Positions 52,453 through 61,844 of a stretch of DNA of 64,000 nucleotides are shown one piece after another. The DNA is from a virus (lineage: Duplodnaviria > Caudoviricetes). Both the position numbers and the translations under genes were made by a program. The stretch spans positions 1 to 64,000 of the IMG/VR virus record IMGVR_UViG_3300033463_004542. One strand, 5' to 3'. Under the pieces are notes generated by a model, which saw only the letters and a list, made by a program, of their open reading frames with translations, was not told where the DNA came from and searched no databases. Positions within the stretch are counted from its first letter, which is position 1, and each line of letters starts with the position of its first letter.

Positions 52453-55053
52453 TCAGATATAACTTCCATAATTAGTAATGAATGCAACATCCTCTAAGTA
52501 CCAACCTTCCCATGCTTCTTTCATCCAAGAAGGAGTATGTGGGTAATCTACATCGTCCCCAGTTAAACTGCTCCCACCTTTCACACAAACGCCATTTTCA
52601 GTTTTAATTCTTTCCCACTCAACAATAGATATTCCTGATTTTCCGTAATCGTGACCCCATTCGTTCTTTGCATCTACACCTTTAGCGTCTGCTATTATTG
52701 CAGGAAAACTAACTTCGTTCTTAAGAGATATAACGACTACGCTGCCTACAGGGCCAAATTTTTCAGTCATCAATGCTACACAGTAGTATCCACCAATCTT
52801 AGCAATCCCTTTGTCACAAGGACGACCTTGTTGAATCCATATATCATATAATTGTCTCTGAGGAGTTCCGCTTTTCCAGTTCCTCCAATATGCTGTATAA
52901 TAATCTGTTATGCCTGTTTGTTTAAGTTCAGGTGGAATGGTTACACTGTACTGAGCAGTAAGTAATTGTCCATTTATATTTGTTAAATCTCTAAGCTCTC
53001 CAATTATCTGTTTATTCGGAGGAATTATTACTAAACGTTCATAAATATCTTGAGCTTTGTGCTTTACATTTTCTACGTCTTCATTAGAACTAAAATAAGG
53101 ATTATATGTTAATAAGAAAATCTCTGCACACTTCTGTGCAGTTTCAACATCAAGGGGCTGATACTTAAAAGCAGCAGCATATCCTGAAAATCTTTCAGTA
53201 ATATTTGTTATTAAGAAATCTAATTGTCCTGATAGATTTGTTGACCAATCACTTACAGCGGACTTAAGTGCATCAAAATCTTGGTCATACCAATCACCAA
53301 TTCCATGTAAAGTTACACTCTGAATAGTTTTGGCATGCTGTGTATTCAGTCCTGAATATTTCTCTAGGCATGCTACAATTCCAGTTGCACTTGAAGCACT
53401 ATATCCAGCCTCTAATAATTTATCTATAGCGATTTTCTGTAACTGAGGTAATGCAGAAGTATCAACTTTTGTAGAATTTAATTGAGAAACTGTAGGAGCA
53501 AAACTATCGTATATATCGCCAAGGGCCGATGTATAGTTAATAACTGAAATTGCTATATTTGAACTGTTGTTAGATAAATTATATCCTGTGTCTAAATATC
53601 CGACTTGACGCAGAGTCATATCATGTCTATCGGTTCTAGTAGTATAAAGAGGTTCCAATTTCTGCTCATCTAATTCCTCTTGGCGAACGAATCTAGAAGT
53701 GGTTCCAGTTGACCTTGTAAATCTACCGCTTTCATCAGACTTAGGCAGATTTGGCAACCAGCTACGAGGACTATCAAAATGTGATGCATTTGAAAATACT
53801 TCTTTAGATGTTTCTTCCGTGTACCTAGATTCAATTTCGTTATCTTCAGGATTAATGTCAAATAATGAAGGGTCAAGCAATTCATCATCAATATTATTCA
53901 CATCTTCGGGCTCAATGCACCATAAATAAAATACATTTTCAAAATTTTCCCAAGTTATCTGTTGGAGTTGTGAACGAGTTACATATAATCCACATCTATC
54001 AACTAATCCCCAACTATATATGAATTTATAATAGATTGAAACTATTTTATTATTCATATCAACAGAATTATTGAGATTAAGCGATAGCCATAATCCTAAT
54101 TTAGGTGAGAATTGAGAAATGACATAATAAAGAGCCTTACATTCTGCATCGGCTTCTATCTCATTTCTTGCTCGGACATTAACATACAAAGCATAAGGAA
54201 GTCCTGCTGAATTACACTGCTCTACTTGATATGCTAATTTAGGATTCAAATATGTATGTTTAACATGGCTCACATCAAACAATTCTCCTGCATAAAACAT
54301 CATAGCAGATATTCTTGCATTTCTTATTCTGTCGTAATCTAATTTAGGGTCATATTGACCTAATACAGTTGCAACAAAAGGCTTCATGTTCTCTGTAGAT
54401 ATTTCTACAGGCTGAAGTTCACCGGCTTCCTGCTGCTCATCTGTTCGCATGGAATTTGTTCTTGCATCAAATATTGAGGTCTCATTTGTGTCTTGTTCAC
54501 ACATATCTAATTGACCCCAACAGTCCCATCTAGATGAACCGTCTTTCCTAAATAGCGGGCCCATTACTACTCCGTAATCTTTGCCCTTTGCATCAATTAC
54601 ATAATCTTCGTGTGGGTTGCCATTAAGGTCAATAAATCTTCCAATGTATACACCTACATGTTCCTTTGTATGGCTTCCTGCTGACTTTGACCTAAATACT
54701 AACATACCTGGAATTCTAGGGAATTCATGTATGTTATCTCCTTTGTGTGTGCAAAAATCCCAATATTGTTTAGTTGCACCATGATATAGATTTGTACTTC
54801 GGACTTTAGGGCCATTTACATCATCACAACACACTGCGCCTATAAACAGGCCCGAACAATCATGTGTCTTTGCAGGAACATTATAATTAGGATTAGGATA
54901 AGTAGTAGAAGTAACTTCCCAATTATTCTGATATAATTTTCTTTTAGAAGATACCTCAAAATCTCCGCTAGCCCCTAATCTATAAGGTCTGCCTAACTGG
55001 GCTATCGCATATATACATAACCAACTATTTGTATTAGGCATGAGGCACCTCAA
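52453..55053 (-). CDS. Multidomain tail-associated peptidoglycan hydrolase
   Basis: NlpC/P60 (QLGRPY..G, DCSGL, HVGVY); GH25-like TIM segment; phage tail lysozyme-like segment; C-terminal YYCVA..FG.VG..IIAD.KG domain. Confidence 0.75.
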   Translation of the reverse strand: MRCLMPNTNSWLCIYAIAQLGRPYRLGASGDFEVSSKRKLYQNNWEVTSTTYPNPNYNVPAKTHDCSGLFIGAVCCDDVNGPKVRSTNLYHGATKQYWDFCTHKGDNIHEFPRIPGMLVFRSKSAGSHTKEHVGVYIGRFIDLNGNPHEDYVIDAKGKDYGVVMGPLFRKDGSSRWDCWGQLDMCEQDTNETSIFDARTNSMRTDEQQEAGELQPVEISTENMKPFVATVLGQYDPKLDYDRIRNARISAMMFYAGELFDVSHVKHTYLNPKLAYQVEQCNSAGLPYALYVNVRARNEIEADAECKALYYVISQFSPKLGLWLSLNLNNSVDMNNKIVSIYYKFIYSWGLVDRCGLYVTRSQLQQITWENFENVFYLWCIEPEDVNNIDDELLDPSLFDINPEDNEIESRYTEETSKEVFSNASHFDSPRSWLPNLPKSDESGRFTRSTGTTSRFVRQEELDEQKLEPLYTTRTDRHDMTLRQVGYLDTGYNLSNNSSNIAISVINYTSALGDIYDSFAPTVSQLNSTKVDTSALPQLQKIAIDKLLEAGYSASSATGIVACLEKYSGLNTQHAKTIQSVTLHGIGDWYDQDFDALKSAVSDWSTNLSGQLDFLITNITERFSGYAAAFKYQPLDVETAQKCAEIFLLTYNPYFSSNEDVENVKHKAQDIYERLVIIPPNKQIIGELRDLTNINGQLLTAQYSVTIPPELKQTGITDYYTAYWRNWKSGTPQRQLYDIWIQQGRPCDKGIAKIGGYYCVALMTEKFGPVGSVVVISLKNEVSFPAIIADAKGVDAKNEWGHDYGKSGISIVEWERIKTENGVCVKGGSSLTGDDVDYPHTPSWMKEAWEGWYLEDVAFITNYGSYI

Positions 55054-55465
55054 ACATATTCACTTTACCAAATATTATAGGAGTAGGGTCTTGCTTATAC
55101 AATTGCTGAGATAAGATTCTAACAGGAAATGAAGAAGATTCTGCATTGCAGTATTCTAATCTAACTAAGCCTTTTGTTGTATCTCCAATGTAGTTAGATA
55201 ATGTTATATTGCTACCCACAGAAACATTCACTTTACTGAGGTTACAATATCTGAGCCAGAATTGTGAATTTACTTCTTGAGTAACTGACCATGTGTCAGT
55301 TTCAGGGTCGACTTCCGTTGCTAATATAACTCCGCTATAAATACTGTATACTTTATCACACTTGATGTAGCAGCCAGCATTTACTTGCTTTGTTCCGCAG
55401 AAGCCCCTATCTATAACAGAAGAATCTACCTGCTTGCCAGTTAGAATTGATAATACTTGATTCAA
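55034..55465 (-). CDS. Degenerate M23-fold-like protein
   Basis: VYSIYSGV..., RYCNLSKVNVSVG..IG pattern without the Zn-binding His. Confidence 0.5.
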   Translation of the reverse strand: MNQVLSILTGKQVDSSVIDRGFCGTKQVNAGCYIKCDKVYSIYSGVILATEVDPETDTWSVTQEVNSQFWLRYCNLSKVNVSVGSNITLSNYIGDTTKGLVRLEYCNAESSSFPVRILSQQLYKQDPTPIIFGKVNMFEVPHA

Positions 55466-55477
55466 TTATAACCTCCC

Positions 55478-56923
55478 TTAAGCAGATACATCTTCAAACG
55501 TCGGATACATAGTTCCAAAATCTACTTTATATGCAGATATTATATTATTTGATTTGCTGTATGACCTACTGCTTGAACCATTTGCTATAGTAATTCCTTG
55601 GGAAGATGCAACTTCGTTAGCAGAACTCATAACCAATCTCTGTACCTTGAGTGTGGTCGTAAATTGATTACTAATACTATGGTCAACAGAAACTACATTA
55701 TAAATTCCAGTTACAGGTGAAATTGTATTTCCGGATACTACTAATAACGATACAGGTTGTGCTACTGTGTACTGATTAACATTACCAGGAATAGTTATCT
55801 TGAAATCTCCTGAGAACTGAGATGCTAAAGCATTTACATCATTGATAATATTGACTGTCTGATAAACATCTCCAAGAGTTGCCGACCAGCTATTTACTAC
55901 TTTAGTATCTTGAACAATAGTGTTACCACTTCCGTCAACTGAAAATCCGATTTGAGCAAATTTCATATCTGTCATGTTGTATGCAACACCATTATACGAA
56001 CCACTTAATGAAAGAATATTTGTATTAGCCGTACCATACTCAAGAGTATCTCCATTATGCATAGAAATCAGTCCTGCATTACTCTTGTAGTGGATGGTTC
56101 CCTTTCTTGTCATTGTAGGTTCCTCAACCCAGTGAGAGAAAGAAGAACATTGAGGAGTTTCGTCTACTATACTCTTCTTCAAGTAACCGCCTAATGTAGA
56201 TATATCTTGAAGATTATTCATCAAGCAACTTAATTTACGCACACCTGATTTAAGTCCAGCAGCATCTCTTGTTCCACTATAGGATTTTGATAATCTTAAG
56301 CAACCAGGCCAACTCTCATAATCGTCTTCAGTAGAATAGTGTCCCCTAATATAACCATTCACACTTGTTGTCATTGCACCATGATTTACATAAGTAGGAG
56401 CATCATTGTGGTCAATGTCAAGGTCGTAGTATCTATCCATCTTTAAACTTCTGTAAGTTGCTTCAACTAATGCAGAAGGTTGAACCATTCCGTGAACAGC
56501 CGGAAAATGATAAACAGGCATTGCTGCCTTCACTCCAATAGAAGCATATCCTGTAACTGTATATCTCATGAATCTTCCATCTGTGGAACATTGGAACTTC
56601 AAAGTAAATCCTTGATATGCTACACTCGCTCCGATAGAGCCATCATTATTAAGCCAGCCAAACATGAAAGATACGGGTATTCCGCTTGAATTTGCATATT
56701 TGCTTGCATCTTGTGCAGCAGAATAAAGTAATGCTTCAAATGCGGCTACATTTGACTTCTTAGTGTCATCTCCACCAACAACTACATTTAATGTCCAAGA
56801 TGTGAATGATGTTATTTGTGAATTTGATAATTCAAGAGAACAGAAAGGAGAAGGAATTTTCAGTCCAAATTCCGTCAACGATACTCCTGCGAATACGAAG
56901 TTGCAGAAACAATTGTTGAGCAT
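55478..56923 (-). CDS. Baseplate hub protein (gp27-like)
   Basis: C-terminal ITIPG...TGIYNVVSVDHSI...FTTTL. Confidence 0.65.
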   Translation of the reverse strand: MLNNCFCNFVFAGVSLTEFGLKIPSPFCSLELSNSQITSFTSWTLNVVVGGDDTKKSNVAAFEALLYSAAQDASKYANSSGIPVSFMFGWLNNDGSIGASVAYQGFTLKFQCSTDGRFMRYTVTGYASIGVKAAMPVYHFPAVHGMVQPSALVEATYRSLKMDRYYDLDIDHNDAPTYVNHGAMTTSVNGYIRGHYSTEDDYESWPGCLRLSKSYSGTRDAAGLKSGVRKLSCLMNNLQDISTLGGYLKKSIVDETPQCSSFSHWVEEPTMTRKGTIHYKSNAGLISMHNGDTLEYGTANTNILSLSGSYNGVAYNMTDMKFAQIGFSVDGSGNTIVQDTKVVNSWSATLGDVYQTVNIINDVNALASQFSGDFKITIPGNVNQYTVAQPVSLLVVSGNTISPVTGIYNVVSVDHSISNQFTTTLKVQRLVMSSANEVASSQGITIANGSSSRSYSKSNNIISAYKVDFGTMYPTFEDVSA

Positions 56924-56924
56924 A

Positions 56925-57353
56925 TTATTCCTCTCCTAAGTTTAATGATAAGGCTGTAATAGATGCAAGTAATTCACCTTCAGAGAATAATGAAGTAATT
57001 GTCTTAGGTATTATAAGCGTCTGACCTTCTCTTACAGTATAGCCATCTTCAATCTTGTTGAAATAAGCAATGACCCAACTATATGTAGGAGAACCTAGGT
57101 AAGTATTTGCTATCAAATCAAGCCTGTTTTCTTCACCTGTTTCTACTACATGATAGATTACATCTAAGTTGTTTGTAGTCAGTGGATTAACAGTTTCAAG
57201 AGTTATATATCTATCAGAAGTGTCTGTATGATGAGTAACTTGCCTGAGATTTCTATATCTTGAAATATGGTTATAGTCGATACATACACCATACTCAATT
57301 CCGTAATAGTTTACTTCATCATAGGGAATTGTTAAATCATTAGTTGGTATCAT
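56925..57353 (-). CDS. LysM-containing baseplate protein (gp53-like)
   Basis: HVV..GEENRLDLIANTYLGSPTYSWVIAYFN...GQTLIIP. Confidence 0.8.
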   Translation of the reverse strand: MIPTNDLTIPYDEVNYYGIEYGVCIDYNHISRYRNLRQVTHHTDTSDRYITLETVNPLTTNNLDVIYHVVETGEENRLDLIANTYLGSPTYSWVIAYFNKIEDGYTVREGQTLIIPKTITSLFSEGELLASITALSLNLGEE

Positions 57354-58342
57354 GCTTCTAACCCCTTATTCATTACTGTATTGTAGTTAAGAGCTTCAGG
57401 CGAAACTTCTGTTATTTCAAGTGAAAGTGTGAGTTCTAACCAATGTCCATCAAGGCCAATAGGTCCGCCCCAATCAGCCTTACAAGATGTCATAACTCCT
57501 GTTATTAAATTATTTCCGTTAAGATATAATGTAACTGTAGGAGTTATTACTGCCGAGCCTTGATACTCAGGGAAGCAATTTGCTTCACAGAATCTTACTA
57601 ACTTGTTTGCAAGACCATCTCTGTGGTCTCCGGACCACATATCTCTATGCATCTTGAATGTAAATGAATTTGTCCTGGGGCCAGAATCTTTGTATACAAA
57701 CCACGGCTCATATTGATAAAGCATACTAGGCATCTGGTCATAATTTGCTTGGTAACCATCAGAATATTCCTCAGGATAGACCGGAAAATCCATGGACTCA
57801 TTCTTTATAGAAGAATATAAACTAATTTTGCCCCAAGGTAAGTTAAACCACTCAAACGGATTACTTACTTTATAAGTATCAGACATACCATAAGCGGCTG
57901 TGTTCATTACACTGTAGTCTGAGAATATAACAGGGTCTACAAATCCTCTAGTTTTGAGTGACTCATCACATCGTCTATAAACTTCGGTGCTAACAGGCTC
58001 TCCGTTTCCTAATATATCTGTTGACAACGGAACATCAACTTCAGGAGGTATTATGATATGACCTTCAAATGTTCCATATCTCTGAAGAGAGCACCAATCT
58101 GCCTCAGTACCTAAAGCAGCCCTTTCATATACATCTGAATCTGAAACGGTTGAATTGAGTATATGTCTTTTAGTTTGAGCGTCTGTTGTACCTGACGTAT
58201 CTCTATCTTGTAACTGCCTTCCGATATTTACAGCTCTTTTAAGTCCATTAACATTAAGGACATAATCAACATATCTTTCACCTACTATATCTGAAAGGTC
58301 AGATAAAGTAGTATTAGGAGTTACAGGTAAATATTTACTCAT
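57350..58342 (-). CDS. Tail tube initiator-like protein
   Basis: FPVYPEE.SD, EP...Y..SGPR, P.Y, ITGV, L.L.ITEV. Confidence 0.6.
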   Translation of the reverse strand: MSKYLPVTPNTTLSDLSDIVGERYVDYVLNVNGLKRAVNIGRQLQDRDTSGTTDAQTKRHILNSTVSDSDVYERAALGTEADWCSLQRYGTFEGHIIIPPEVDVPLSTDILGNGEPVSTEVYRRCDESLKTRGFVDPVIFSDYSVMNTAAYGMSDTYKVSNPFEWFNLPWGKISLYSSIKNESMDFPVYPEEYSDGYQANYDQMPSMLYQYEPWFVYKDSGPRTNSFTFKMHRDMWSGDHRDGLANKLVRFCEANCFPEYQGSAVITPTVTLYLNGNNLITGVMTSCKADWGGPIGLDGHWLELTLSLEITEVSPEALNYNTVMNKGLEA

Positions 58343-58346
58343 TTAA

Positions 58347-58898
58347 CTATTCCTCCAATCTTAATTGCTTAATTACATGAGGCTCACCAAACACTGTAGG
58401 AGGTCTCAATCCTGTTGTAAGTGTAGATACATATTTGAGACTTGTTGCGTAACAAAGAGCGCATGTTTGATTAGTAAAGGTATTGTCTATATTATTCGCA
58501 CCTAAGAGCATTAATGTATCGTATATGTCCAAATAGTCTGAATTATTATATACAACCTCACCTAACATATAGGTATAAATCCAATCAGGAAGTTCCAATA
58601 TCTGACCATTAACATAGTAAGTTACTAGAGATACAATATATGATTTAAGTTTCTGATATTCTTCGCTAAGACTTACTTCACTTATTACATTGCCATCTTT
58701 GTCTAGTTTCTTGTATATCAAATCTTCTTCTGCAAAAGGATTAGGATAATTATCTTCAAAGAAATGTTCTGATGAATCATTTTCTAAGTTGATAAAGGCA
58801 GTAAACATCTCCTTATCTGAAATCAAATGATAAGGATATCCAGGCAGATAACCCAGATTTGAATACTTTATCTTGATAATGTCGTGAATAAGTGACAT
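58347..58898 (-). CDS. Hypothetical virion protein (start probably MSLIHD)
   Basis: TAATG overlap with upstream gene stop. Confidence 0.55.
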   Translation of the reverse strand: MSLIHDIIKIKYSNLGYLPGYPYHLISDKEMFTAFINLENDSSEHFFEDNYPNPFAEEDLIYKKLDKDGNVISEVSLSEEYQKLKSYIVSLVTYYVNGQILELPDWIYTYMLGEVVYNNSDYLDIYDTLMLLGANNIDNTFTNQTCALCYATSLKYVSTLTTGLRPPTVFGEPHVIKQLRLEE

Positions 58899-61804
58899 TA
58901 GATTGTTGACCCTCCATTGAAGATATGATACGAACCAGGTTCCCAACCATCAATACTGTCTACGCCCATTGTCATATTTTCAGAATTTACTATGTCTGTT
59001 ATTGAATCAAATGCTATTGTTCCTGACGAAGTTACATCTGTTGTGACATCATATGTTCCTGTATATACTGTAAAGTTAGTAGCAATAACGACCCACTGTG
59101 CATTCTGCACTATATAAGCGGTTGTAAACGAACCTGTTACTTTAAGAGGCTTTGATAAGCACCTATTAGGATAAATCAATTCAGAACCTTGAGGCAAGTT
59201 GAATGTTCCTCCGATTATTGACCTACCTGTCGTTACATTAGTTGCTGTAGAACCATTTGAAACATAAATGCTACACTCAATTATGTCACCGTTTCCTCCA
59301 AGAGTTATGCTCCTGAGTGCTGCAGAATAATGGTTATCATTCGGATTATCTTCATCCCAGAATGCAATATCTTCTACTGTCATTGGTGCATTAGGCTGTG
59401 AAACTTCCATTCCATTTACAAGGAGGTCCGGGTCTGTTTCGTTGAACCTATCGTACCATAATGTAATATCTTGTAATCCAGTGAATGATGTAGCCCTATA
59501 ATGGTTAACATCACAAACCCTAATATAGTTGAAAATATTTGCATCATAATATATACAACTTCTAACTATATTTATTACAGGTGTGCCGGATATGTTACTA
59601 TCAATCTTAATCTTCTCACAATCAATAATATTGATTATTGTTTTAGCATTTGCATTACCCAAGATATGTAATGTAACGGCTGTTCCGAATCTTGAATCAA
59701 TATTGTAAATATTCACACTCGCCGGGTCATCGTCATCACCTAACTGAGGAAGTGTTATATAGACATTTATTACAGGAGTTGTACCACCAAGGTATGGAGT
59801 GAACGGGAACGCTACTCTGTTGTTTACATATTCATCAAGGTTAGATTGGATAGTAGGATAAGTAATATTACTTGCTAATGTAACATCTTCTCCTAATTGA
59901 TATGCTAATGTACCAGAACGAAGTAAAGAATAGTCAATCAATTTAAGTCGACCGGTCTCATCAAGAGTTACATATCCTGCGTCTGTATATGTAGAATCTG
60001 TATTGTAGAATCCACCTATCTGTGTTGTTGCTGCAAGAGGAATTCCACCTGTTACTAATATATAATCTGACCAAGTTCTAGGGCCTGTTCCAATTACTTT
60101 GTAGTACAGCGGAGTTATTTCAGTGTCTGAATCATTATGCCAAGATACCTCGAAGTAATCGGCATTTAATGTTCCTCTATATGTTGCAAAGTTGAATAAT
60201 GTTGTTGCATCTTCATTGAAAATCTTATCCCAATACTCAGGATTCCAATCGCCTGTAGTAGCTGTGTTACACTTGTACAGACCTCCGTTGTAGGCTGCAT
60301 AATCATTCACTCTATAATTTGTGCTTGTTTCGTAGAAATCTGCAAGATGCTTAAGGTCATTTACAGTAACACCTGGATTATCTCCAGCCCAAACTGATAC
60401 GGAAGTTTCACCTAATCTTACACCTGTAGGAAGTGATTGTGAATATCCAACATTTGATACTGTTCCAGGCAAGACCTTATACATTGTTGAAGGAGACGCT
60501 CCGTCATCTTCTGTAGTATTTGCAGTATAATCTTCTCTAACGAAGATATAATCTCCATTACTGTAATTTGCAGGAATTGTAGGCATTACATAATCTGAAT
60601 CTTTTGTATCTAACCAAAGGACCATGTTGCCTGCAGGCGACTGTTTAAGTCCACCTAACTTCTCTGCAAGATTTTTTATTACTTGTGTATATTCGTTATC
60701 AACAGTTCCGGCACTTCCCGAAAGATAATTTGCTTTAGGTAATTTAATATCTCTTAATCCGAAGTAAACATTATCACCAGCAGTATTCTTCATAGAATCA
60801 ATCTGCTGATGGGGAATTGCTAAGTGGACAAATCCGTCATTTGTTGTTAAGAATGTTGCTTGAGGAACTGCTTCATTAGGATTGATAGTGCTTATAGTAT
60901 TCTGAGGGTCTGCATCCCATACCATGAGGCTTCCTGTTGAATCACACCAAGTAGATTTATCGCTACTTCCTCCCTGACCGGAGAATGTATATAACATGTG
61001 AGGATTAAGATTTTTCTTTGATACGAAGTTATCATCAAGTACCTTAGAAATATCGTCAATCCTAGATGAATTGATATATGATACTTTATTCTTATTTTGA
61101 ACGATTGCCGCAGGATTGATTGTTCCATTGATGTAGATAAAATCTGCTAACTTGAGGTCTGCAGTTACTTGTGACCTATCTGTAGGACAATCAGAAGGTG
61201 TTCTAAAATCTTCTTTCTTTTCAACAACTAACTGAATTCCAATATATACATTATCCTCATTTTCAATCAACATTGAACCGGACATAGTGGCTTCTGTGCT
61301 ATAATAAGCCCTAATACCTACTACTAACTCACCAATGAGCGGCGGTTTATAATCTTTTGCTAATTGTGCATTTGCAAGAGCTAAATCGATAATCATTGGA
61401 GCAAGAGTCTGAACATAATGTCCATTGATTACTGCTCTACCAGGAGCTATCTGGAGGATACAAGATGCTGCATTAACAATAGTCCATTTAGATGAATCAA
61501 AAGGCTCGGGAGTTACTATCGGCTGTGTACAAACATATGTAACAGAATTGTATGTTACATAATCACCAATTGTATAAGTCTGTGTAGAATCGTATTCCGG
61601 TGCCTCCATTGAGGAAAGTAAACTAACAGCAAAATCGTTCATTCCATGTGTATAGGAAGGCCCCACTTCGTATTCTATCTGTGGGTCTGTTCCTACCATC
61701 TCTCTTGAACGAAGATTATATTCTGTAACTAATTGACCGCCTTTTGTTGAATTACTGAGCGGGAATATATTGGTTGTTGCTACATTAAATGTTTGGAAAT
61801 GCAT
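58898..61804 (-). CDS. Large virion structural protein with two CBM5/12-like modules
   Basis: IAPGRAVINGHY; YTIGDYVTYNSVTYVC and YRVNDYAAYNGGLYKC modules. Confidence 0.65.
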   Translation of the reverse strand: MHFQTFNVATTNIFPLSNSTKGGQLVTEYNLRSREMVGTDPQIEYEVGPSYTHGMNDFAVSLLSSMEAPEYDSTQTYTIGDYVTYNSVTYVCTQPIVTPEPFDSSKWTIVNAASCILQIAPGRAVINGHYVQTLAPMIIDLALANAQLAKDYKPPLIGELVVGIRAYYSTEATMSGSMLIENEDNVYIGIQLVVEKKEDFRTPSDCPTDRSQVTADLKLADFIYINGTINPAAIVQNKNKVSYINSSRIDDISKVLDDNFVSKKNLNPHMLYTFSGQGGSSDKSTWCDSTGSLMVWDADPQNTISTINPNEAVPQATFLTTNDGFVHLAIPHQQIDSMKNTAGDNVYFGLRDIKLPKANYLSGSAGTVDNEYTQVIKNLAEKLGGLKQSPAGNMVLWLDTKDSDYVMPTIPANYSNGDYIFVREDYTANTTEDDGASPSTMYKVLPGTVSNVGYSQSLPTGVRLGETSVSVWAGDNPGVTVNDLKHLADFYETSTNYRVNDYAAYNGGLYKCNTATTGDWNPEYWDKIFNEDATTLFNFATYRGTLNADYFEVSWHNDSDTEITPLYYKVIGTGPRTWSDYILVTGGIPLAATTQIGGFYNTDSTYTDAGYVTLDETGRLKLIDYSLLRSGTLAYQLGEDVTLASNITYPTIQSNLDEYVNNRVAFPFTPYLGGTTPVINVYITLPQLGDDDDPASVNIYNIDSRFGTAVTLHILGNANAKTIINIIDCEKIKIDSNISGTPVINIVRSCIYYDANIFNYIRVCDVNHYRATSFTGLQDITLWYDRFNETDPDLLVNGMEVSQPNAPMTVEDIAFWDEDNPNDNHYSAALRSITLGGNGDIIECSIYVSNGSTATNVTTGRSIIGGTFNLPQGSELIYPNRCLSKPLKVTGSFTTAYIVQNAQWVVIATNFTVYTGTYDVTTDVTSSGTIAFDSITDIVNSENMTMGVDSIDGWEPGSYHIFNGGSTI

Positions 61805-61844
61805 TTATCTTCCTCCATATGTAATTATATCTCTATAAAAGGTC

